Shown here piece by piece: positions 9,624 through 16,240 of a stretch of DNA of 64,000 bases. Position 1 is the first letter of the stretch, and each line of letters opens with the position of its first letter. The translations under genes were made by a program, and so were the position numbers. The notes under the pieces are model-generated. The model was not told where the DNA came from. It was given only the letters and a program-made list of their open reading frames with translations, and searched no databases. The DNA is taken from positions 3,221-67,220 of IMG/VR virus record IMGVR_UViG_3300029305_006387; one strand, 5' to 3'. Source of the DNA: a virus (taxonomy: Duplodnaviria; Caudoviricetes).

Positions 9624-9827
9624 TCAAAGTGTAAATATTTTTGCTTTTAGTGCTTGGTTTGCCTTGGCGCAAACTTTTTTGATGTTCTGTTCTCCGTGCA
9701 TCCGCGCAAAACGTCTTGCAAAATCGCTTGCTTTCTGTTCTCGTCCGCTTTCGTTGCGGATTTCTTCGCCGTATTGCTTGAAAGATTTTACAAGATTATA
9801 AAATATAGCCGTCTGTTCAAAGCTCAT
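9624..9827 (-). CDS. small hypothetical protein
   Basis: ORF; stop codon abuts hammerhead stem I. Confidence 0.5.
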   Translation of the reverse strand: MSFEQTAIFYNLVKSFKQYGEEIRNESGREQKASDFARRFARMHGEQNIKKVCAKANQALKAKIFTL

Positions 9828-9837
9828 TTTTGCCCCC

Positions 9838-9984
9838 TTACAAATAACGAACGCGCCAAATTTCATCGTGCATATTAACGACTGCGGCAGAATAGCCCCG
9901 TTTTTCGAGGCTCTCTGCGTGCTTTAATGCTTCATAATAATTATCAAATTCTTTTTTAGACCATTTCCATATATTCATATTCAT
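9838..9984 (-). CDS. small hypothetical protein (48 aa)
   Basis: Translated by hand MNMNIWKWSKKEFDNYYEALKHAESLEKRGY...; GGAGG SD. Confidence 0.55.
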   Translation of the reverse strand: MNMNIWKWSKKEFDNYYEALKHAESLEKRGYSAAVVNMHDEIWRVRYL

Positions 9985-10062
9985 ATATACACCTCCGCGC
10001 CACCTGCCGCCCGTAGGCGGTCAGGATTTACGCGCTTTTTCTGTTCGTCTGTTCTGCCGTTC

Positions 10063-10416
10063 TTACTTCGTGCAGGGGATAGCCACACCGCGCCCCCAAT
10101 CAAAAACGCTTTTTTGCTTTCTTGCCGTTCCAAGTCTTAAAGCCTTTTTCTCGTTCTTGACTCGCTCGGAAATATCTATATAACACTTCCCATCATCACA
10201 CCACAAGCCGACAAACTCGCCTTTTTTCGCCGCGTTCAAAAGGGCATTGACCGCCGCAAGAATCGCGCCCACGTTCGACACGGGCAAAATATAAAAATCT
10301 TTCTTGCTTACTTGAAAACCGTTTGCAAAGTTTACCGCCTCCGCGCGTTCGTTAAGAGTCGCGCCGCCGTTCGTCAAAAATTCCTTCAAGTCGTTTTTTG
10401 TGATTGTGTTTTTCAT
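10063..10416 (-). CDS. conserved phage protein, first gene of leftward operon (possible SAM-lyase/PII-like fold)
   Basis: GGAT...GFQVS...FVGLW...YIDIS...ALRLG...QKSVFDW pattern; GAGG SD. Confidence 0.6.
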   Translation of the reverse strand: MKNTITKNDLKEFLTNGGATLNERAEAVNFANGFQVSKKDFYILPVSNVGAILAAVNALLNAAKKGEFVGLWCDDGKCYIDISERVKNEKKALRLGTARKQKSVFDWGRGVAIPCTK

Positions 10417-10487
10417 TGCTGCACCTCGTAAAAGTTTATTTTTTGCCGTTTTGGTTGTGTTTTCTCTCTCAACCTTTCGACATAATT

Positions 10488-10516
10488 ATTATAGCACTTT
10501 TATATATAGAAGTCAA
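10488..10516 (-). promoter_or_regulatory. strong sigma70 promoter for leftward operon
   Basis: TTGACT-17 nt-TATAAT with extended TGn. Confidence 0.75.
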
Positions 10517-10636
10517 TAAAAATATATAACTTTTATATAAAAATATATGACTTTTCTATAATTATTTTTTATGCCAAAACGCAAAAAAGCCGTTTATATA
10601 TAACTTTCATTTATAGCACTTTTATATAAAAAATGC

Positions 10637-10666
10637 TTGACAACCGCGCCGCCGTTATGCTAAAAT
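10637..10666 (+). promoter_or_regulatory. sigma70 promoter for RHH-like gene
   Basis: TTGACA-18 nt-TAAAAT with extended TGn. Confidence 0.7.
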
Positions 10667-10744
10667 AGAAAGCACAAAACCGCCCGAAATGCAACGAACG
10701 CAAGACGGACGGACAAACCCACGGAAAGCGAAGGAGGCGCAGAA

Positions 10745-11014
10745 ATGGCAACAACAGAAGCCCAAAAAAGGGCAATGAAAAAATACTACGAAAGCAAGCG
10801 CAGCAAAACACAGAAAACTATTTCTATTACATTAACGGCAGAACAGGCAGACCAAGACCGCCAAATTATAGCGGAACACAAGACCACGCCGAGCGAAGTA
10901 TGGCGAAAGGCTATTGACCGACTCAAAGCCGAGCCAATCCCCACGGAAGAAAGCACCCCCACGCAGACAGACGGCGAAAGCATCACCGCCGCCGATGCAG
11001 AAGGGCAGAGCTAA
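10745..11014 (+). CDS. ribbon-helix-helix (Arc-like) small regulator
   Basis: AQKRAMKKYYE...KTISITLT (beta ribbon) followed by two helices; AAGGAGG SD. Confidence 0.6.
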   Translation: MATTEAQKRAMKKYYESKRSKTQKTISITLTAEQADQDRQIIAEHKTTPSEVWRKAIDRLKAEPIPTEESTPTQTDGESITAADAEGQS

Positions 11015-11241
11015 ACGCATCCCAACGAGAGCGGAACGGCAACACGCGCCCGGGCAGACGTAGAGCGCAGGACGGCGCACCCAACCCAACAAAGACAGAC
11101 AGAAAAACGAAAAAAGGACGGACACGGAACACCCCCGCGCCCGCCTTTATTCTTTCCGGGCAGAACTGCCAAACCCAAAAAAAGAAAATTAAAACCGCCG
11201 CCTCTTTTTATAAATATATATTATATATAAAAAACCTTTAT

Positions 11242-11280
11242 AAAAAGAAAAGACTATATAAAAAAGAAAAGACTATATAA
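11242..11280. repeat. tandem AAAAAGAAAAGACTATATA repeat in AT-rich block
   Basis: Two adjacent copies; surrounding TTTTATAAAA-type palindromes at 11200-11370. Confidence 0.6.
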
Positions 11281-11961
11281 AAGGCTAAAAGATTTTATAA
11301 AAGGGATGCAGATATAAAAAAACAAAGTTTTTTATAATAGCTTTTTTATCTTAAAAGATTTTTATAAAATAGTATGTTATAGCGTGGAAGTGCTTTATAG
11401 AAGGCGGTTGTTCATTTCTAAAAAGCAGAGCAGGCGCGAGCCGTTTTTGCCGCCGTCAGCCATTGCAAAAAGGAACGGCAAGACCCCCGGAAAGCCTTTT
11501 TAATGCGTGAAAGTGTTTTAATAATGGTTAATTATTGCAACACTTTTCTATAAAACGGGGGTATATTTACGACTTCGTGAGTAAAAAACGAAAAGCCACT
11601 TCCGCTTATCCGCACCCCTTACCTTCTTGTTCATAAATCCTTTTCAAAACTGAAATCTCTTTCGCATTTCACTTCTTTATTTCACTTGCTCTGCCATTTC
11701 ACATTTTCATAGGGCAGGGGGGGGTATATTTCCAACCCCTGTGTTTTTCAAAGGGTAGGGGTGCTTTTAGGTGGGTATGGGGTGCGCTTGGGATGGTCGG
11801 TAGGTGGCGGGCGATAAAAGATTACTGCTAACGGGGTGAAATTGACATCTTTTTTGGTAAAGATGGTTAGTATGGTGATAATATTTCGCTACTTTATTTG
11901 CAAAAAGCCGCAAGCGGCTGACATTCTATTGTAAGAGTGAACGGCGGCGCGGGCGACCCGC

Positions 11962-12136
11962 TTTAACTTGCCTATAACTTGCTACGGACATTATTGTCCT
12001 TGGCAAACCCTTTTAATATGCGGACATTTTAACTTGCCACGGCGGGACGAGATTGCAGCTTCCCGTGGTTTTTTCTTTGGTTTTATGCAGAAATATGGCA
12101 TCCGTTGCGCCTTGCCGATACGAAATTTAACTTGCC
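11962..12136 (+). repeat. three exact TTTAACTTGCC direct repeats
   Basis: Copies at 11962, 12028 and 12126, plus a partial copy at about 11975. Confidence 0.7.
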
Positions 12137-12321
12137 GTATAAACTCAAAAAACGCGATTTTGGTTCTTATTATCCTGCAAAGGGCGGGTTTTGGCTTGCC
12201 TTGGTTTCATAAATGAGAATAAAATTCGTATTTTACTGCGAATGGCATTTCAATTTTTTGCTTGCGAATGTGGATAAGTTGTTGTAAAATATAGGTAAAT
12301 ATGATAAATAAGGTGGGGGCA

Positions 12322-12651
12322 ATGGCAAAACTTGACAAGTACATTGATAAAATCAATCCTACCTGTTGCGACCACAGCGCGGGTAGGCGGGCGTACCTTA
12401 TCGGATATGCCGGGTTAAAGGTATGCAAGGTCGCTATGTGCCTTGATTGCGAGAGCTTGCAGTTTATTGGCGGCAAGTTTGGCAAAATGCTTTATCCGTT
12501 GGTTCGGAAATTGAGCCGTGGGCGTTTGGATGTCTTGACGAAAGTCGGGATAGATTTCGGCGACGACGGCGCAACGGAAGAAGAGCTGTTAAAAGAAATC
12601 ACGGGAGAGGAGGCGGTAACGGACAATGAAGATACAAAACAGCCCGATTGA
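12322..12651 (+). CDS. hypothetical protein with Cys/His metal-binding motif
   Basis: CCDH...CKVAMCLDC. Confidence 0.6.
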   Translation: MAKLDKYIDKINPTCCDHSAGRRAYLIGYAGLKVCKVAMCLDCESLQFIGGKFGKMLYPLVRKLSRGRLDVLTKVGIDFGDDGATEEELLKEITGEEAVTDNEDTKQPD

Positions 12652-13249
12652 CATACTGCTTAAAGTATTCCGTAGGGAATACCCCGAAACGGCGAGTAGG
12701 GTTCGTTCGATTGCGTTTGGCAAGACGACGGATAAAGATGCTTTTGCGGAAACTATCTTCGCGGACGACGGCTCAAACGAAATTCATATCGTACTTTCCA
12801 CAACGGTAAAGGGCGGGGCAGAAATCACTTTCACTATTGCGACAGAATTGTTGGCTCACGAGCTTGCGCACGCCGTCGTAGGCGCGAGTGCGGGACACGA
12901 CGAGATGTGGGAGAGTGTTTCCGACCGATTATTTGAGCTTTACAACGAAGAGGCGCAAAAGGAAACCGAAATTTTTGCATTCGACGAAATCCTTGAAGAG
13001 CTTACGTTGCGTGGACAGTCCATCGCACGGCAATCGTGGAGTGTTGGAGCTTTCCTTTACTATGTTCCCGAAGGCAGATATATTGCCCGAACGGATATTG
13101 CAAAGGGTTTTGCGGGGCAGGACGGTAAGGTTGCTTACGCACCGTATATCGCCTTGAAAAAAGCAAATGGAGAAGTTGAACCTTGGAATCCTACCACGGC
13201 AGACATTCTCGCAAAGGATTGGTTTGTATTCGGTGGTGGTTCAAAATGA
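12626..13249 (+). CDS. HExxH metallopeptidase-like domain fused to DUF2829 (Tad2-like) domain
   Basis: AHELAH...GHD at N-terminus; C-terminal IARQSW...FLYYVP...YIALKKANGEVEPWNPTTADILAKDWFV matches DUF2829. Confidence 0.75.
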   Translation: MKIQNSPIDILLKVFRREYPETASRVRSIAFGKTTDKDAFAETIFADDGSNEIHIVLSTTVKGGAEITFTIATELLAHELAHAVVGASAGHDEMWESVSDRLFELYNEEAQKETEIFAFDEILEELTLRGQSIARQSWSVGAFLYYVPEGRYIARTDIAKGFAGQDGKVAYAPYIALKKANGEVEPWNPTTADILAKDWFVFGGGSK

Positions 13250-13767
13250 AAGTCGGCTCGGTGATTAGCGCGACTGCTGATAGATATGGCATTGAGTTTG
13301 ACAATGAAACCGACAAGGAACGCTTGCTTTTATGTTACTATCTCACGGAAAGAGAAATCGCGGAGAACTATATCCCGTTGCTTGCAATGCAAGACTTTAC
13401 GTGCGATAAGGAATGTCGGATTTTTTATAGGGATTTTCATCTTTTGCCAATTCGCATAGTCGGCGTTTACGATAAAAATGGAGTGAGTGTGAAATACACA
13501 ATTCACCACAACTATATTACCGTCCCCACGGTGGGAGAGTACACCGTCCACTATCATTACACGCCCAAAGAAAAGAAACTCGAAGATGCCTGCGAGTATG
13601 ACCTTTTCGCCAAGGATTGCCTTGTGTGTGGCATCGCGGCAGAGCATTTCTTGCTTTGTGGGGATATTGAAGGCGCGGGATTGGCAACAAGGGATTACAA
13701 ACGCCACCTTCTGCAACTTTATAAAAAGAGCAGGTTCTTAAAGTGTACGCGAGGAAAACGAGTGTGA
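13246..13767 (+). CDS. hypothetical protein, possible adaptor/tail-tubular-A-like
   Basis: LLLCYYLTEREIAENYIPL...YHYTP...GIAAEHFL pattern recalls phage-like connector proteins of gut Clostridia. Confidence 0.4.
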   Translation: MKVGSVISATADRYGIEFDNETDKERLLLCYYLTEREIAENYIPLLAMQDFTCDKECRIFYRDFHLLPIRIVGVYDKNGVSVKYTIHHNYITVPTVGEYTVHYHYTPKEKKLEDACEYDLFAKDCLVCGIAAEHFLLCGDIEGAGLATRDYKRHLLQLYKKSRFLKCTRGKRV

Positions 13768-13768
13768 T

Positions 13769-14257
13769 ATGAAGATTAAACAAATAGCGCATTATCCCGA
13801 AGAGGATTGCGTAAAAATCGAATACGAAGAAGGGGACGAACTTATTTTCCGTGGCGAAGAAGGTAAAAGACTTCTGCAACTGACAGAAATGAAAGTCGGG
13901 GAAACCTACACAATCACAAACGACCGCGCCCAAGTGTGGGATGCGACTGTGGAGAAGATTTCCGAGAATGCTGTCCACTTCGTAAATGTGGGGAGTGCGG
14001 AACACGGATTTATCCCTTACACCGATGCAAAATCATACAGTTTTGTAAAAAAGAAAGGAGTTCCGCAGACGTCCGCGAAAGAGCGTGTAGAGAAAGAACT
14101 CTCCGAGCTGTCCGAGCGTTGCAAAAAGTTGGCTTCGTTTATGATGACGGCTGAATACGATAAACTGTCGGTAGCACAACGGTATCTTATGGAAAAGCAA
14201 CTGCAAGCAATGGAAGAATACGAGTGTATTCTGAATGCGCGGTTGTCTATATGGTAA
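13769..14257 (+). CDS. two-domain protein with C-terminal crAss001_48-like helical hairpin
   Basis: KERVEKELSELSERCKKLASF...LMEKQLQAMEEYECILNARLSIW. Confidence 0.6.
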   Translation: MKIKQIAHYPEEDCVKIEYEEGDELIFRGEEGKRLLQLTEMKVGETYTITNDRAQVWDATVEKISENAVHFVNVGSAEHGFIPYTDAKSYSFVKKKGVPQTSAKERVEKELSELSERCKKLASFMMTAEYDKLSVAQRYLMEKQLQAMEEYECILNARLSIW

Positions 14258-14559
14258 ATATGTTCGTCTATGTGCGCAGAAAGGCATATTCTACGCCCAT
14301 CACCTCCTTGGCGACGAATTGACTCTCGTCGCCAAATATGAAGAAAGCGCAGCGCATTGCTTTACTCGGAAAAGGGTATCGCAAGGACGGGGTAGCTCCG
14401 TCAATCTTCACCAAACCGATGGGTTTGTCTGTCGAATGACGGAATGGCAGACTATTCGCCCTGTGAATCAGGTGCGGTCGCAAACAATCTCTTGTCGGGT
14501 TGTGGTTGCGATAAAAAGGTTTCGCCGTAAGAAGGGGTAAGGAAACTATTACGGTATAT

Positions 14560-14634
14560 TGGGGTTTCGCCAAGCGGTAAGGCACGGGACTTTGATTCCC
14601 GTATTCGGGTGTTCGATTCACTTAACCCCAGCCA
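14560..14634 (+). tRNA. tRNA-Gln(TTG)
   Basis: Cloverleaf; anticodon arm CGGGA-CTTTGAT-TCCCG; TTCGATT T-loop; encoded CCA. Confidence 0.9.
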
Positions 14635-14735
14635 ACGAACCTTGCACGGGAACTGTGTTTGTTTGGCTTTGCGCCCTACACAGTCCGTACCACGCAAGGT
14701 CTGCGGGAATACGGATTTATCTTTATTCCCTTAAT

Positions 14736-14829
14736 GCAAGTTTGTCCGAGTTCGGTTGATGGAAGCGGTCTTGAAAACCGCCGTACTCTTCCACGAGTAC
14801 CGGGAGTTCAAATCTCTCAACTTGCGCCA
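14736..14829 (+). tRNA. tRNA-Ser(TGA)
   Basis: GCGGT-CTTGAAA-ACCGC anticodon arm, long variable arm, encoded CCA. Confidence 0.9.
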
Positions 14830-14967
14830 AATCTTTTCAAATCTCCTGAAGTGATAAGAAAAGAACGTAAATTGGGACAACGGTAAAACCCAATTAGTCG
14901 GTCGGCTAAACACCATTTCCGCAAAAGAAACAGCATACATCGAGCTTACCTATTTTGCGGAACAAAT

Positions 14968-15043
14968 AGCGGGATAGAGCAGTTGGTAGCTTGCCGGGGT
15001 CATAGCCCGGAGGTCGTGGGTTCGAGTCCTACTCCCGCCCCCA
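14968..15043 (+). tRNA. initiator tRNA-fMet(CAT)
   Basis: CAT anticodon, 1:72 mismatch (A:C), three consecutive G-C pairs in anticodon stem, encoded CCA. Confidence 0.85.
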
Positions 15044-15384
15044 TCTCACACGCGCGTGGGTTTTTCCGTTTGTCGGTATCGTCGAATAACCGTCGGTTGG
15101 TGGCGACAACCATAAAAGTATGCTGCGTGAGTTCGGTCGAAAGACCATCAAATCTCATTAGGCTGACAACCTAATACATCTTGTTATGTGCGCAAAACTG
15201 TAAATGTGCGACCGTCGTTCAGTTATTTTAACTGCTTGGCGATTGTGCGGAGTGCGTTGCTCTCGATAAACGATAGTTCTTGTAGAATACAAGATATAGT
15301 AAGGCATAGGCGAGGGTCTTGCAGAATCTAATATTTTCCGTCGCGCGGCGTTTGTCGCCTACGAAGGCTACGCGACAACATAAT

Positions 15385-15702
15385 GGGGCAGTCATTGGTT
15401 TCGATTGCTGTGTAAGTTCATTAAACCCGCACGGGTGCTACCGCCGTTACGGTAGGAAAAATATAAACGCTGACACAAGAGCAGTAGCTTAACCTTTAAG
15501 CACCAAAACGGAGAGTTCCATAACAACTCCTGATGGTTTAGGAATTTGGATAAGAACGCCGTAATCCGAATAAAACGGCATCGCGCCGACGGCGTATGGT
15601 CGGTGGTGGAAGGATTGTGCCGTGTACATCCCCAAAATTGCGGTAGAGAGTTTAGTGCGCGAGCATTGCAAGACGTCGGTTCGACCCCGACCTGCTCCAC
15701 CA
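15385..15702 (+). ncRNA. ssrA: tmRNA
   Basis: 5' GGGGCAG pairs with 3' CTGCTCC-ACCA with G3:U70; T-arm GTCGG-TTCGACC-CCGAC; ATAAAC followed by tag ORF ADTRAVA* (15469-15492). Confidence 0.9.
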
Positions 15703-15707
15703 AATGT

Positions 15708-15795
15708 GCGGAAATCCCATAATCGGTATTGGAACGGTTTGCTAAACCGTCGTCGAAAAATCGGCTTGCAGGTTCGACCCCTGCTTTCCGCGCCA
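15708..15795 (+). tRNA. tRNA-Ser(GCT)
   Basis: ACGGT-TTGCTAA-ACCGT anticodon arm, long variable arm, encoded CCA. Confidence 0.9.
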
Positions 15796-15799
15796 ATAT

Positions 15800-15875
15800 G
15801 CTATCGTAGCTCAACAGGCAGAGCGGGTGATTTGTAATCATCAGGTTGTCGGTTCGATTCCGTTCGGTAGCTCCA
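15800..15875 (+). tRNA. tRNA-Thr(TGT)
   Basis: GGTGA-TTTGTAA-TCATC anticodon arm, encoded CCA. Confidence 0.9.
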
Positions 15876-15932
15876 ATTTGCCCATAACAGACTTCCCCCA
15901 AAAATATTTTTTCCACCTCACCTCGGAAAAGG

Positions 15933-15970
15933 AAAAGTCCCGCCTGCGTTTTTTGCACGGCGGGGCTTTT
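15933..15970. terminator. likely bidirectional intrinsic terminator
   Basis: AAAAGTCCCGCC...GGCGGGGCTTTT hairpin between convergent tRNA operon and integrase. Confidence 0.65.
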
Positions 15971-16036
15971 CTCTTGACTTTATGAATAAAAAATGGTAAT
16001 ATTAGGGTAGTAATACGGTTTGTTTTGCGGTCGAAA

Positions 16037-16237
16037 TGTTGCCAAATTGTTGCCAAATGATTTTTTACACAAGATATTGTGTGCTTTTTGCACATAAGAA
16101 CACAAGATATTGTGGTGTGCAAATTCCCTTCGTCCGCACCAATGCTAAAAACACCCCAAAAACGGGGTGTTTTTATGCTGTATTACGCCGTATTACGCTA
16201 TACTTTGTTGCGTTTTGTTGCCAAAATTTGTTGCCAA
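16037..16237. mobile_element. putative attP with integrase arm-type sites
   Basis: TGTTGCCAA pairs at 16037/16048 and 16216/16229 flank two ACACAAGATATTGTG copies (16067, 16100) and an inverted repeat (about 16148-16174), directly 3' of int. Confidence 0.65.
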
Positions 16238-16240
16238 TTT

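Noticed and set aside
9875-9930. Hairpin considered as a possible twister-type ribozyme
   Set aside because: It lies inside the small ORF 9838..9984 and lacks the twister consensus.
11200-12140. CRISPR or mini-array
   Set aside because: The repeats are 11-19 bp with irregular spacing; there is no repeat-spacer periodicity and no cas genes.
14467-14475. ATCAGGTGC resembling the 3' end of pistol ribozymes or the SRP domain IV start
   Set aside because: The upstream pistol pseudoknot and UUAAAU segment, and the SRP GNRA/AGCAG elements, are absent.
15291-15301. AAGATATAGT resembling the group I intron S element
   Set aside because: No complementary R element (GACUA) within the same spacer, and no interrupted gene.
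14560-15875. Suppressor tRNA or stop-codon recoding, as in some gut phages
   Set aside because: All anticodons are sense (TTG, TGA-Ser, CAT, GCT, TGT), and long genes read intact in the standard code.
15876-15932. Theta (HDV-like) ribozyme downstream of a tRNA
   Set aside because: I could not build P1/P2/P3 with a catalytic C after any tRNA 3' end; the downstream hairpin fits a terminator.
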